Shown here: in pieces, positions 52,038-63,746 of the stretch
Layout: each line of letters begins with the position of its first letter
Position numbering within the stretch: the stretch's first letter is position 1
Source: Escherichia coli
Lineage (GTDB): Bacteria > Pseudomonadota > Gammaproteobacteria > Enterobacterales > Enterobacteriaceae
Assembly (NCBI RefSeq): GCF_036507355.1
Contig: NZ_AP027877.1
Strand: one strand, 5' to 3'
DNA: 64,000 nucleotides
Program-made: the position numbers and the translations under genes
Notes under the pieces: generated by a model
Database searches by the model: none
Seen by the model: the letters and a program-made list of their open reading frames with translations, nothing else
What the model was told of the DNA's origin: nothing

Positions 52038-53999
52038 TTACCCTTTTCGCTTCGGCAATGTTTTCAGCAGCTCATCCGGACTTACGGATGCCACTACGCT
52101 TCCCGGTAAAGGCATTTTCAGTATGTGATTTTTGATTTTGCCAATGACGTGCATCTCGCATGGGCGGCAATCAAACTTTAGCGTTAATACTTCATCGCCG
52201 TTAACCAGTTGCATTGGCGTAGCCTTCCAGCTTTTGATATTGCCTTTCGCCTGTTTCGGGCACAAATTAAAGGCAAAGCGCAGACAATGCTTGGTGATCA
52301 TCACCGGGACTTCGCCTTTCTCTTCATGTGCCTCATACGCCGCGTCAATCAGCTGCACACCATAGCGATGATAAAATTCACGCGCTTTCTGGTTGTAAAC
52401 GTTCGCGAGGAAACTCAGATGCGTTTGCGGATAAACCGGCGCAGGATCAGCAACCGGTTTACGGCTGCCGCGCTGGTAACTGGCAAGACGTGCAGCATCC
52501 AGCATGTCGGCGGCTTCGCGGCGGAACTGGTTTAACAGACTGTTTGGTACAAACAGCGCACCCGGCAAATTAATTTGCACATCGCGGGCGTAATAGATGG
52601 TTTGACCCAGTTTTGCCAGACCATCCTTTAGATTGTTCATTGCTTTTTCGGCGTTATTGGCTTCGTCGAACTGCCCGTCCAGCGTATGCGTGATGCTGAC
52701 ACCCTCTTCACTGGTGAGGGTCAGAATCAGTTGTTCCTGCCAGCCGCCCAGTTCAATGTCTACCGCCACCCGACGTTCGCTGGAGGTTTTTGTCAGTGCC
52801 TGCTGCCAGTTATGATCAAGATTACGGTTTAGTGGGTGATGCGGGCGAATTTTGTGCAAATCTGCTGGCATTTCATTGGGCCAGACGCGGTACTGATTTT
52901 CTCCGGTTTTCTCGACCGTATTGGCACGAAAACCGACGACTTCACGTTTAATCAACACGTTCAGGCCATCGCCATTTGCCAGTGGATCGGTAACGGCAAC
53001 ATCGAGATGATCTTTCGCCACTTTCAATACTTCGCCTACCGGCAGGCCGATAAATTTCGGCGAATCGAACGCGCCAATATCGCCTTTACGGGCATTCACA
53101 AAATAATCTGTGCTACCACGGTGGAAAGTCTTTTCCGTCGATGGAACAAAGAAATGTTCAGTACGACCTGATGAAGCGCGCGCCAGATCGCCACGTTCTT
53201 CAATAATGGCATCCAGCATCTGGCGATAATGGGCGGTGATATTCTTCACGTAGCTCATATCTTTGTAACGCCCTTCAATCTTGAAGGAGCGTACGCCAGC
53301 ATCAATCAGCGCGCCGAGGTTGGCAGTCTGATCGTTATCTTTCATCGACAGCAGATGTTTTTCATAGGAAACCACCCGCCCCTGATCGTCTTTCAATGTG
53401 TATGGCAAACGGCACGCCTGCGAGCAATCGCCACGGTTGGCGCTACGCCCTGTTTGCGCATGAGAAATGTAGCACTGACCCGAATAGGCCACGCACAGTG
53501 CCCCATGAATAAAGAATTCAATGGTCGCGTCCGTGGCCTGGTGAATCGCGCGGATCTGCTCAAGATTCAGCTCTCGCGCCAGCACAATCTGCGTGAAGCC
53601 AACATCAGAGAGGAACTTCGCTTTTTCTACTGTACGAATGTCGCACTGCGTACTGGCGTGCAGTTCAATCGGCGGAATATCAAGTTCCAGAATCCCCATA
53701 TCCTGAACAATCAGCGCATCGACACCGGTCTGGTAGAGGTCAGTAATCAGCCGTTGCGCGGGTTCCAGCTCATCATCATGCAAAATGGTGTTAAGCGTGA
53801 CGAAAATTTTTGCACCATAACGATGGGCAAACGGTACCAGCTCGGCAATATCTTTCAGGCTATTACTGGCATTATGACGGGCACCAAAACCAGGGCCGCC
53901 GATATAAACAGCATCGGCACCGTGCAAAATAGCTTCGCGGGCAATGGCGGCATCGCGTGCCGGGCTTAACAGTTCAAGTCGATGAGAAGATACGGTCAC
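52038..53999 (-). CDS. rlhA: U32-family peptidase-like protein (23S rRNA hydroxycytidine synthase, formerly ydcP)
   Basis: ~653-aa ORF; U32 family; start may be GTG at 53999 or ATG at 54041. Confidence 0.75.
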   Translation of the reverse strand: MTVSSHRLELLSPARDAAIAREAILHGADAVYIGGPGFGARHNASNSLKDIAELVPFAHRYGAKIFVTLNTILHDDELEPAQRLITDLYQTGVDALIVQDMGILELDIPPIELHASTQCDIRTVEKAKFLSDVGFTQIVLARELNLEQIRAIHQATDATIEFFIHGALCVAYSGQCYISHAQTGRSANRGDCSQACRLPYTLKDDQGRVVSYEKHLLSMKDNDQTANLGALIDAGVRSFKIEGRYKDMSYVKNITAHYRQMLDAIIEERGDLARASSGRTEHFFVPSTEKTFHRGSTDYFVNARKGDIGAFDSPKFIGLPVGEVLKVAKDHLDVAVTDPLANGDGLNVLIKREVVGFRANTVEKTGENQYRVWPNEMPADLHKIRPHHPLNRNLDHNWQQALTKTSSERRVAVDIELGGWQEQLILTLTSEEGVSITHTLDGQFDEANNAEKAMNNLKDGLAKLGQTIYYARDVQINLPGALFVPNSLLNQFRREAADMLDAARLASYQRGSRKPVADPAPVYPQTHLSFLANVYNQKAREFYHRYGVQLIDAAYEAHEEKGEVPVMITKHCLRFAFNLCPKQAKGNIKSWKATPMQLVNGDEVLTLKFDCRPCEMHVIGKIKNHILKMPLPGSVVASVSPDELLKTLPKRKG

Positions 54000-54071
54000 A
54001 TTCTTATCCAGTAGCTGAAAAATGGCGGCTATTTTAGCCACAAGCGCGACGTTGCGAAATAGTTTTCCCGC

Positions 54072-54608
54072 TTAACTGCGCGGGTAATGGATGAGGGAAT
54101 GAAAATGTACGGTTTGCTCCCCACCATTACGATAGACATGCGTGACGTCTGCAGCAAATCGAGCGCCTTCCCCACAATTAAGGCTCTTCCATTCACCATC
54201 AACGCACAGATCAAGTTGTCCATCAATGACGACGACATGTTCGATTACCCCCTTCTCATGGGGCGTCGATTCGCTTATTGCACCGGGTGCCATCTGAATC
54301 GAGAAGTGTTCAAAGCAGAGTTGTGGATCATAAGGAAACAGCGAAGTGATCACCATCGCCTGCTGTTGTGGATCATAAACTGAAGGCGTAGCGGACTGTG
54401 GCGGAGAAATAAATGTCGAAAATGGCACGTTCAACCCGGTAGCAATTTTCCATAATGTCGCGACCGTCGGGCTGGACTCATTACGCTCAATCTGTCCTAA
54501 CATTGCTTTAGAAACGCCCGTCGCTTCTGCCAGTCGCGAAAGACTCCAGCCGCGCTGCTGACGTAGTTGTTTAAGTGTGGTGGATAAAAAGCGAGCGAGA
54601 TTTTCCAT
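54072..54608 (-). CDS. sutR: HTH (XRE) plus cupin-domain transcriptional regulator
   Basis: 178-aa ORF MENLARFLSTTLKQLRQQRGWS...; synteny. Confidence 0.8.
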   Translation of the reverse strand: MENLARFLSTTLKQLRQQRGWSLSRLAEATGVSKAMLGQIERNESSPTVATLWKIATGLNVPFSTFISPPQSATPSVYDPQQQAMVITSLFPYDPQLCFEHFSIQMAPGAISESTPHEKGVIEHVVVIDGQLDLCVDGEWKSLNCGEGARFAADVTHVYRNGGEQTVHFHSLIHYPRS

Positions 54609-54699
54609 GCGACTCCTCCGGCAAAACGGAAGTTTATCACTTGTGCGTTATAACGGACAAATGCTACGGTGCCTGTACGCTATAACGCACGAGGTGACT

Positions 54700-55872
54700 A
54701 TGCGTCTGTTTTCTATTCCTCCACCCACGCTACTGGCGGGGTTTCTGGCGGTATTAATTGGCTACGCCAGTTCAGCGGCAATAATCTGGCAAGCAGCGAT
54801 TGTCGCCGGAGCCACCACTGCACAAATCTCTGGCTGGATGACGGCGCTGGGGCTGGCAATGGGCGTCAGTACGCTGACTCTGACATTATGGTATCGCGTA
54901 CCTGTTCTCACCGCATGGTCAACGCCTGGCGCGGCTTTGTTGGTCACCGGATTGCAGGGACTAACACTTAACGAAGCCATCGGCGTTTTTATTGTCACCA
55001 ACGCGTTAATAGTCCTCTGCGGCATAACGGGACTCTTTGCTCGTCTGATGCGCATTATTCCGCACTCGCTTGCGGCGGCAATGCTTGCCGGGATTTTATT
55101 ACGCTTTGGTTTACAGGCGTTTGCCAGTCTGGACGGTCAATTTACGTTGTGTGGAAGTATGTTGCTGGTATGGCTGGCAACCAAGGCCGTTGCGCCGCGC
55201 TATGCGGTAATTGCCGCGATGATTATTGGGATCGTGATCGTTATCGCGCAAGGTGACGTTGTCACAACTGATGTTGTCTTTAAACCCGTTCTCCCCTCTT
55301 ATATTACCCCTGATTTTTCGTTTGCTCACAGCCTGAGCGTTGCACTCCCCCTTTTTCTGGTGACGATGGCATCGCAAAACGCACCGGGTATCGCAGCAAT
55401 GAAAGCAGCCGGATATTCAGCTCCTGTTTCACCATTAATTGTATTTACTGGATTGCTGGCACTGGTTTTTTCCCCTTTCGGCGTTTATTCCGTCGGTATT
55501 GCGGCAATCACCGCGGCTATTTGCCAAAGCCCGGAAGCGCATCCGGATAAAGATCAACGTTGGCTGGCAGCTGCCGTTGCAGGCATTTTCTATTTGCTCG
55601 CAGGTCTGTTTGGTAGTGCCATTACCGGGATGATGGCTGCCCTGCCCGTAAGTTGGATCCAGATGCTGGCAGGTCTGGCGCTGTTAAGTACCATTGGCGG
55701 CAGTTTGTATCAGGCGCTGCATAATGAGCGTGAGCGCGACGCGGCGGTGGTGGCATTTCTGGTAACGGCAAGTGGATTGACGCTGGTCGGGATTGGTTCT
55801 GCGTTTTGGGGATTAATTGCCGGAGGTGTTTGTTACGTGGTGTTGAATTTAATCGCTGACAGAAACCGATAA
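54700..55872 (+). CDS. ydcO: BenE-family membrane transporter
   Basis: ~390-aa polytopic membrane ORF from MRLFSIPPPTLLAGF. Confidence 0.8.
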   Translation: MRLFSIPPPTLLAGFLAVLIGYASSAAIIWQAAIVAGATTAQISGWMTALGLAMGVSTLTLTLWYRVPVLTAWSTPGAALLVTGLQGLTLNEAIGVFIVTNALIVLCGITGLFARLMRIIPHSLAAAMLAGILLRFGLQAFASLDGQFTLCGSMLLVWLATKAVAPRYAVIAAMIIGIVIVIAQGDVVTTDVVFKPVLPSYITPDFSFAHSLSVALPLFLVTMASQNAPGIAAMKAAGYSAPVSPLIVFTGLLALVFSPFGVYSVGIAAITAAICQSPEAHPDKDQRWLAAAVAGIFYLLAGLFGSAITGMMAALPVSWIQMLAGLALLSTIGGSLYQALHNERERDAAVVAFLVTASGLTLVGIGSAFWGLIAGGVCYVVLNLIADRNR

Positions 55873-55875
55873 TAA

Positions 55876-55899
55876 AAAGCGCCATCTAACGATGGCGCG
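55876..55899. terminator. Bidirectional hairpin between convergent ydcO and ydcL
   Basis: GCGCCATC-taac-GATGGCGC perfect 8-bp stem. Confidence 0.5.
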
Positions 55900-55906
55900 T
55901 CTGGAA

Positions 55907-56575
55907 CTACTTTTTGTTAACGTCAAACATGGTGGCATCGGTCGCCATGTCATCAATAACTTGTTTAATATTTTCGAAAGCCATTGGCGTACTTTCGTTA
56001 TTCAGGTCTTTACCTTCGCCCTGACGAACGACTTTGATAACCGGTTTATTAGTCGCTGCATCAATCAGCTCACCTTCAAAATACAAGCGAGTATCCATGG
56101 TACGGTGGCCTGTAGCCATTTGCGTCCCCGCAACCACTAATGCAACAGGAACCACTTCATAGAATTGCAGCCCTTCTTTGCTGGTATCTACACCGGTAAT
56201 GGCCCCACGGAAAATCAGACTACGCGGCCCCGCGGTGGTAACCAGTGGTTTACGCTGCGCTATCGCTTCTTTCATTTCGGTGTTGGTATAGTTCAAAATT
56301 TTATCCAGAACTTTCTGCCCTACCTGGGTCGAAGGTTTCGGTACCGGATAATAAGTGATTGGGTTCCAGACGATGCTGTCATATTTGCTTTGATCAAAAC
56401 TCGGGTCTACCCAACGTAAAACCGGTTTACCTGTAGCCGAGGTTGTTTCTTTTAAATCAGAGTAATTGTTTAAAAAACCAGAATATTTATCTGGCTGGGT
56501 GATTTTAGAGGCACAACCAGACAGAGCCAACAAGCCGCATAAAGCTGCAACTTTCGCAAATGATGTGGTACGCAT
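55907..56575 (-). CDS. ydcL: Lipoprotein (DUF3313 family)
   Basis: 222-aa ORF with lipobox LALSGC. Confidence 0.8.
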   Translation of the reverse strand: MRTTSFAKVAALCGLLALSGCASKITQPDKYSGFLNNYSDLKETTSATGKPVLRWVDPSFDQSKYDSIVWNPITYYPVPKPSTQVGQKVLDKILNYTNTEMKEAIAQRKPLVTTAGPRSLIFRGAITGVDTSKEGLQFYEVVPVALVVAGTQMATGHRTMDTRLYFEGELIDAATNKPVIKVVRQGEGKDLNNESTPMAFENIKQVIDDMATDATMFDVNKK

Positions 56576-56878
56576 GAATAGTTTCCTGAGATGATTATAT
56601 TACTTTTTAAGTTATAGCAAAAAGCGCCGCTTCGTGTTGTGGCAAAAAAAGTGTTGGTGAAAATAAATTTTTTTAGCCCCTTTTCAGACGACATAGTCAA
56701 TGCCGAAAAAGGGGCTAAGTCAATCATCAGTAGTTAAATTTCAGTAAGTTAAGCTGCTAAAAAACTTCGACTACCGTGATTAATTTCACATCCCTTCGAT
56801 AAAAAATATGCTTACCGAAAAGAAGGACAGTAAACCATCTCAGCGTGGGGAATTTTCACGCGCTTTGTTCTTACCGGG

Positions 56879-57472
56879 TCATTTTTTACGTGCCAGCATC
56901 GTGGCGAAACGCAGTTTAATACGATTACCGTTGGCGTCGGTGCGGTGCAGCTCGCCGACGTCTTCATTGTATTTCACCATCTCCCAGCCTTCGTAATATC
57001 GACGTAATTCTCTCTCTTTGAAGGCAAACGGGAAGCCGACGGTACATGGATAATCAGCGGTATCCATCGCCGCCACAATCAGGTTGTAACCGCCAGGTTT
57101 CGTGCAACGTTGCATATTGGCAATCAGCCCTGGGATGGTTTTAGCCTCAAGGAACATCAGCACCACAGTCGAAAGAATAAAATCGTACTGTCCAGCAAAT
57201 GTGAGGTTATTCAGATCAACGACCCGAGTGTGTAAATTATCCAGATTTTCAATAGATTTAATGCGCTCGACGTTGGCGATACTCATGGCATTTTTATCCC
57301 ATGCGTCAACATCATAACCATTGGCTGCCAGGTAAAGACTGTTACGACCATTGCCACAGCCCAGATCCAGCGTTTTACCCGGTTTAACCACTTTCACCGC
57401 TTCCAGTACTTCAGAGTGTGTGCGGGTTAATTCATATTTATCAGTAAAATAGTTTTCGTCACGAATGATCAT
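56879..57472 (-). CDS. tehB: Tellurite methyltransferase (SAM-dependent)
   Basis: 197-aa ORF with SAM-binding motif [11 protein letters not shown]. Confidence 0.9.
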
Positions 57473-58461
57473 TCTTTGTCCTCTGCTTTCATTAAAACGG
57501 CGCGCTCGGTTCTGACTAACAATTTTCCCTGCATCAGAAGTGCAAAAGTACGGATGAGCAGTATTGCAATAATAAAATTGGTAAAGATAAACAGCGGCAC
57601 CGCCAGCGTATGGAAAAATCCATTATCGCTGCCACTCCCCAGATGCAAACCGGTGGTTGCCAGTGCAGATACGCCGAACGAGAAACTCCAGAATGAAGCA
57701 TTAAATGGCTGGGAGAGATACCATGGCATCAGACGTAGCATAAACAGCAGTTGCAGCAGTCCATAACCGAAAAGCATTTTCGCCAGCGTGTCACCCTCGC
57801 CGCCGTTGACGCTCAGCCAGGCACTACAGGCCACCAGCGCAGGAGCGAGCTGAATGCCGAGTGATGTCCGCAGTGCCGTGGGTAATTCTCCCGAACTGCG
57901 CAGACGCTGCAAGATCACCGGTTCAAGGCTTAGCCATGAGAAAACGCCTGCGCCTAAAAACACCAGACCGGCGTCGGTGTAGCCCAACGCACCACAGGCC
58001 ATTGCGCTGATAAAGTTGTTGGCAACTGTCGGCAGATACAGTCCAGGCGTGGTAGCTTCTTCAGGGTGAGATCCGCGCCATAATCCCGCAGTTTGCCAGG
58101 CGGCATAAGCCAACTGAACCACGACACCAAAACTGAACAGGCACACCGCCAGTGGGCGAAACCACGGAACAAAACCAATCGCCACCAGCATCGTCGTTGC
58201 CGGAAACAAACTCACAAAACTGCTCAGCACTGGATGGCGAACTTCCGCCAGCACGCTATGCGGAAAGCGTATGAGTCGGGCAATAAATGCGCTAGTCAAT
58301 AATCCCCAGATGATCATCGCCAGAATCACCAGCCCATCCCCTAACCAGTGGCTGACCTGCCAAACCTGGCTGGCATAGCGCCAGGCAAATCCCATCCCTA
58401 TCGTCCCCAACACAATACCAAAGTAGCCTGCCGGCAAATTGAGCACTTTATCGCTCTGCAT
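57469..58461 (-). CDS. tehA: Tellurite resistance / dicarboxylate exporter family membrane protein
   Basis: 330-aa membrane ORF from [15 protein letters not shown]; ATGA overlap with tehB. Confidence 0.85.
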
Positions 58462-58584
58462 CTTCTTACTCATTTTGTTTAATTTATAAAGTATATTTGA
58501 AATGCATTTTATGGAATTTTCTCGAGCATAGCCAGAGCCGCAGAATTTGCTACGGTTATAGTAAGTCACCTGTGGGAAAACGCT

Positions 58585-59565
58585 ATGCGCAAATATCGTC
58601 TAAGTGAAGAACAGCGAGCCTTTAGTTATCAGGAAGATGGCACTAAAAAAAATGTGTTATTACGGCAGATTATCGCCATTAGCGATTTTAACGATGTGAT
58701 AGCAGGAACCGCTGGCGGCTGGATCGATCGCGAAACGGTGTTAGCACAGGAAGGAAATTGCTGGATTTACGACCAGAATGCTATTGCGTTCGGCGGAGCG
58801 GTGATTTCCGGTAATACGCGCATCACCGGCACCAGCGTGCTGTGGGGAGAGGTTTACGCAACGGATAATGTCTGGATCGATAATAGTGAAATCAGCCAGG
58901 GTGCATATATAAGTGACAGCGTCACCATTCATGAATCACTGGTTTGCGGGCAATGTAGAATATTTGGTCACGCCTTAATTAATCAACATTCTATGATCGT
59001 CGCCGCACAAGGCTTAACGCCCGACCATCAACTCCTGCTACAAATTTATGATCGCGCAAGGGTTAGCGCCTCGCGTATTGTTCACCAGGCACAAATTTAT
59101 GGCGATGCCGTCGTCCGGTATGCTTTTATTGAACATCGCGCCGAAGTTTTTGATTTTGCCAGTGTTGAAGGTAATGAAGAGAACAACGTCTGGCTATGCG
59201 ATTGCGCTAAAGTTTACGGTCACGCGCAGGTTAAAGCTGGCATAGAAGAAGATGCCATTCCGACGATTCATTACAGTTCACAGGTGGCGGAATATGCCAT
59301 TGTGGAAGGTAATTGTGTGTTAAAACATCATGTTTTGATTGGCGGAAATGCCGTGGTACGTGGCGGACCGATTCTGCTCGACGAGCACGTTGTAATACAA
59401 GGTGAGAGCCGTATTACAGGTGCGGTGATAATTGAAAACCATGTGGAGTTAACCGACCACGCCGTCGTTGAAGCCTTTGATGGCGACACGGTTCATGTCC
59501 GTGGTCCAAAAGTCATTAACGGCGAGGAGCGCATTACGCGAACGCCGCTGGCAGGGTTATTGTGA
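58585..59565 (+). CDS. ydcK: Hexapeptide-repeat protein
   Basis: 326-aa ORF; synteny. Confidence 0.8.
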
Positions 59566-60096
59566 ATCGATAATACGCGCGTATAAGTTCACATCATCAT
59601 AGGCATCATTCAGGAACTCAGCCTGTTTCAGGCAACCTTCAAGGATAAAACCATTGCGCAAAGCGACCTGGTTGCTTTGCGGATTGTCCACCCGACATTT
59701 GATCACGAAGCGTCTAAGTTCACCAGACTGGGCGTAATGATGAATCAGTGCCTGCAGCGCCTGAGAAATGATCCCCTGCCCCTGATGAGATTCGTCCAGC
59801 CAGTAGCCGATTTCAGCGGTTTTATTCAGTGGTTCAATACGATTAAACGAGATAACGCCGATAAGTTCATCTTCTTTGAAAATCATGAACATTTTGGCAT
59901 AGCCGCGTTGATGCAACATCACATTACCCTGCACCGTTTTTCGCGTGTCCTCTTCAATCTGAACGAACTGCGGCCAGTTTAGCGACTGCTGTAACCAGGT
60001 TTTATTTTTACAGATTAACTGATAAAGAGGAGTGACGTGATTTTCTGCAACAGCATGTAATTCAAGTGATTCGCTTACTTTTATCGTTTCAGTCAT
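59557..60096 (-). CDS. rimL: Ribosomal protein bL12 serine acetyltransferase (GNAT)
   Basis: 179-aa ORF from [16 protein letters not shown]; convergent overlap with ydcK. Confidence 0.85.
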   Translation of the reverse strand: MTETIKVSESLELHAVAENHVTPLYQLICKNKTWLQQSLNWPQFVQIEEDTRKTVQGNVMLHQRGYAKMFMIFKEDELIGVISFNRIEPLNKTAEIGYWLDESHQGQGIISQALQALIHHYAQSGELRRFVIKCRVDNPQSNQVALRNGFILEGCLKQAEFLNDAYDDVNLYARIIDSQ

Positions 60097-60158
60097 CTTA
60101 TCTCCAGTCAATCCATGCAGTTGTTAAAAAAGCCGCCTGGCTGGCGGCTTAGGAAAGT

Positions 60159-60383
60159 TTACACCTCTTTGACGCTCTCATGCTGCAGGATTTTGAGCAT
60201 CTCATCTTTTAACTGTAGCTTTTGTTTTTTCATGCGGACCACTTCCGCATTGTACCCTCGACCGTCGGAACCTTCCTTTCTGGCAATTTCATGATCAAGT
60301 TTATTGTGTTTATCGAACAAGGACATAAAGCGAGGATTTTCGTTTTTCAGACGGGATATTAAATCTCGGTATTCTGGAAACAT
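60159..60383 (-). CDS. ydcH: Small DUF465-like protein
   Basis: 74-aa ORF; synteny. Confidence 0.75.
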   Translation of the reverse strand: MFPEYRDLISRLKNENPRFMSLFDKHNKLDHEIARKEGSDGRGYNAEVVRMKKQKLQLKDEMLKILQHESVKEV

Positions 60384-60522
60384 ACGCACTCCCTGTTAGT
60401 GGCTGACAAGGTGTATCTGAAATACACACCATCAGATTACTCATTTAACTTAGGGAAAAATGCGAGCGGGATCGTGTTTAACCAGACGGCACCTCCCGAA
60501 GAAGGTGCCGAAGAAAAAACGA

Positions 60523-62178
60523 TTAACTCATCACGCGGTCGTCAACATACTGACGTTTATCCGGCGCTGGCGGGAAATACTGATACAGCCATGTTTCACT
60601 GATAGCGTCACCCTGACAACGCAGATACATCCGCATATCGACCGGATCAGTGGAGTCCGAAGTCGGATACCAGTCAAACTGAATACGATAACCATCAATG
60701 GGTTCAATATAGAGAATTTCGATTTGCTTCGCTTCCCCACTGGAAAGCGTAATCACCGGCTCAATGCCTTTTGGTGCGGCAGCTTTCAGATCACCACCAA
60801 CGAAATCGACGGCAAAACGACGCGCCCATTTTTCGGGATAGTGTTCACCTGGTGCCCAACCTTCCGGGAAACCGCCCATGCCGGTACGCGTCGCCATAAC
60901 GCGCGCTAATGGGCAATGAACAGGCGGTTGCGCACTCCAGTACAGACGATACTGGAATGCAAACTCATCACCCGCCTTTACAGCTTTTTCTGGCTGCCAG
61001 AAGCAGACAATGTTATCCAGCGTTTCGCCCGTTGTTGGGATTTCCATCAGGCCGATAGTGCCCTTACCCCACTTGTTACGCGGTTCCACCCACAGACTTG
61101 GGCGTTTGTTATACCAGCCCATAATGTCCTGATAATGGGAGAAATCACGATCCAGCTGCAATAAACCAAACCCTTTCGGGTTGTTGTCGGTGTAAGCATT
61201 GAACTGCAATTTTTGCGGATTATTCAGCGGACGGCAAATCCACTCGCCGTTGCCCCGCCACATGGACAGACGATCAGAGTCATGAATTTGCGGATGAATG
61301 GTGTCGCACATCCGACGTTCATTAGTACCGCAGCTGAACATACTGGTCATCGGCGCAATGCCCAGCTGTTTAATGTCTTTGCGCGCATACAGGTGATTTT
61401 CCACATCCATAATCACCTGACTTTTCTCACAATGGATAGTGAACTTATAGGCACCAGTAATGCTGGCGCTATCGAGCAACGCATAAACGGTAAAGGTAGT
61501 TGCCCCCGGTTTTACCGTATCAAACCAGAAGGCGGTAAAGTCGGGGAACTCTTCTTTACTGTCGGTGTAAGTGTCAATCGCCAGGCCGCGGGCCGACAAA
61601 CCGTATTGATATGTGTCATCAACGGCGCGGAAATAACTCGCTCCGAGGAATGATACTACATCACGGCGCGCCAGTTCGGGGGCTTTAAACACGCGAAAAC
61701 CGGCAAAGCCGAGATCGCTTTGCCCTTCTAATTGTTTGGTATCAACACCTGCATCGTTGTATTTGAACAACTCCGGGCGAAAGTGAATTTCACGCGCCAG
61801 ATGTGTTGCTGGATCTACAGAAAACATACGAACGCGGCGACGGAATCCCATTCCCATATGGAAGAACTGAGCGTCCAGTTGACGGTTCTCAACGTTATGC
61901 CAGAGCGATTTTTCGGCGTCGTATTGAATACTGTTATAAGCCTGCGGCGTCATTGTCGCCAGAGTGTCAGGTAACGGACGAGGCGCACCACGCCACGCTG
62001 TTTGCGCTAAGTCATGCGCCATTGACTGTAGAATGGAGAAGTCAAAACGCTGGGTTTGCCCGTCGGCAATATCAGAATCTGCCGCGAATGCCGCCTGAGA
62101 AAAAAGAGAAGCAATGCCGCTGGTACCGCACACGGCGGCCATAGCCATTGAACCTTTAATAAATCGTCTACGATCCAT
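60523..62178 (-). CDS. opgD: Periplasmic glucans biosynthesis protein D
   Basis: 551-aa ORF with Tat signal [16 protein letters not shown]...AFA. Confidence 0.9.
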   Translation of the reverse strand: MDRRRFIKGSMAMAAVCGTSGIASLFSQAAFAADSDIADGQTQRFDFSILQSMAHDLAQTAWRGAPRPLPDTLATMTPQAYNSIQYDAEKSLWHNVENRQLDAQFFHMGMGFRRRVRMFSVDPATHLAREIHFRPELFKYNDAGVDTKQLEGQSDLGFAGFRVFKAPELARRDVVSFLGASYFRAVDDTYQYGLSARGLAIDTYTDSKEEFPDFTAFWFDTVKPGATTFTVYALLDSASITGAYKFTIHCEKSQVIMDVENHLYARKDIKQLGIAPMTSMFSCGTNERRMCDTIHPQIHDSDRLSMWRGNGEWICRPLNNPQKLQFNAYTDNNPKGFGLLQLDRDFSHYQDIMGWYNKRPSLWVEPRNKWGKGTIGLMEIPTTGETLDNIVCFWQPEKAVKAGDEFAFQYRLYWSAQPPVHCPLARVMATRTGMGGFPEGWAPGEHYPEKWARRFAVDFVGGDLKAAAPKGIEPVITLSSGEAKQIEILYIEPIDGYRIQFDWYPTSDSTDPVDMRMYLRCQGDAISETWLYQYFPPAPDKRQYVDDRVMS

Positions 62179-62402
62179 ACCTGAAAGTGAGTCCTTCTGG
62201 TGTTGTGAATGGTCCCGCGCTGGTCGTTTTCAGCGGCAAGAAAGTGCTTATTTATGACCGCTCACTCTAGACAATATTTATTAATAATCCAATTGTTGAA
62301 CTGAGAGAATATGCATAAATCGGCATTTTTTTTATGTCGATGGGATGAGCCTGATTCGTTTGTAAAATCAGGCAAATTTTTGCAAAGGCGGATGGTCAGA
62401 AT

Positions 62403-63746
62403 TTAAAGCAAACCACAGCGACGTTTACTGCGTTCTTCCGCTTCCTGATAAAGCTGGAACTCATCCAAAACCGGACAACCCAACGCCTGCTCAAATGCTT
62501 CGCGACTGGCATTACCGTGGCTGCGTGCCTGCGTTTCATTACCCAGATTTGACTGGAAGATCCCCGCCGCGCTAACGGGCAAGAAATCTTCATAGGTAAT
62601 GGGTTGCGCCGCGACCCAACCACGTTCAATTAAGGGCTGTGGATCGTCTCCGGGATGAATCGCCTGACGATGCGCCTCACCTGAAGGCGTCAGACGGTAC
62701 CGGAACCATGCCAGTCCTTGCTGACGCATTAAAAACTCACTGTCAGGAAAAGTGCGGAAGGTTTCCTGTAAATGCATTTGGTGAGTGAGATTATCCTGCC
62801 CGGTTCCAGCGTTACGCAGAAGATCATCATACAGTTGTCGACCTTTCGGCGTTAATGCCACGCCACGCTGCTCAATTTCACCAAAGCGCGCAGTATGCGT
62901 GCCCTGTTTCTGCCCCGCAAACAACACCGTCTCTTCCAGTGCTTTAAAGCTGGTCTGGCGTAGTAAAATCGGTACCTCGCGGCGCGGCGGCCCTTCGATC
63001 AGAATTTTTGGTTCAATCCCGCATTCAGGCATCATCGACTGCACCCGGTCAATATCCAGCGTACGTGGCGTCAGGTGGTTGATATGGCATCCAGGGAAAC
63101 AGACCACATCAGCAATCAACCGATGTTCGTTGTGCAAGGCGCGATAGGTTTCTTCATCTACCGTTGCTGACTGGTGCCAACGGAACGTTTCCAGGGCCTC
63201 CTGCACAAACTCCTGTGCCTGTGTTTCGTTAAAACCGCCCCGCTGGTCATACTCCTCTAACAGTTGTCGACAACGTGGGGTGAAGATATCGCGCTGACGC
63301 AGAATCTCCGCCGCTTTCTGGCGCAAAATTTCGTTCTCGATAAGCTCAAGGCGGAGTAATGAAGTAAAAACGCGGAAGGGATTACGCGCCAGAGAAGCAT
63401 CATCAATGGGCCGAAATGCTGTGGAATGTACCGGCACCCCTGCCTGCGAGAGATCGTAATAGCTCACCGGGTACATCCCCATAATGGCAAACATCCGCCG
63501 AAGAGTAGCAAGCTCTTGTGCAGTCCCAACGCGAATCGCCCCATGACGTTCAACATTCAGTCGCGCCAGCTCGTCTGCATTTACCATTTTTTCGTGCAGT
63601 TGAGGATTGTTTTCCAGCACAGCCAGATTCACATCAGCTACCAGTTCCAGCAGCGTGCCGTACTGCGGAACTTCTTGCTGGTACATGGCTGACATTGCCT
63701 GCGAAAACTGTTCCCGAATCTCATCCGCCGTGATGCTGTTCGCCAT
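62403..63746 (-). CDS. ydcJ: DUF1338-family metalloenzyme-like protein
   Basis: 447-aa ORF from MANSITADEIREQF; synteny. Confidence 0.85.
   Translation of the reverse strand: MANSITADEIREQFSQAMSAMYQQEVPQYGTLLELVADVNLAVLENNPQLHEKMVNADELARLNVERHGAIRVGTAQELATLRRMFAIMGMYPVSYYDLSQAGVPVHSTAFRPIDDASLARNPFRVFTSLLRLELIENEILRQKAAEILRQRDIFTPRCRQLLEEYDQRGGFNETQAQEFVQEALETFRWHQSATVDEETYRALHNEHRLIADVVCFPGCHINHLTPRTLDIDRVQSMMPECGIEPKILIEGPPRREVPILLRQTSFKALEETVLFAGQKQGTHTARFGEIEQRGVALTPKGRQLYDDLLRNAGTGQDNLTHQMHLQETFRTFPDSEFLMRQQGLAWFRYRLTPSGEAHRQAIHPGDDPQPLIERGWVAAQPITYEDFLPVSAAGIFQSNLGNETQARSHGNASREAFEQALGCPVLDEFQLYQEAEERSKRRCGLL

Noticed and set aside
53229-53969. 246-aa ORF on the + strand
   Set aside because: Antisense within rlhA (ydcP); spurious
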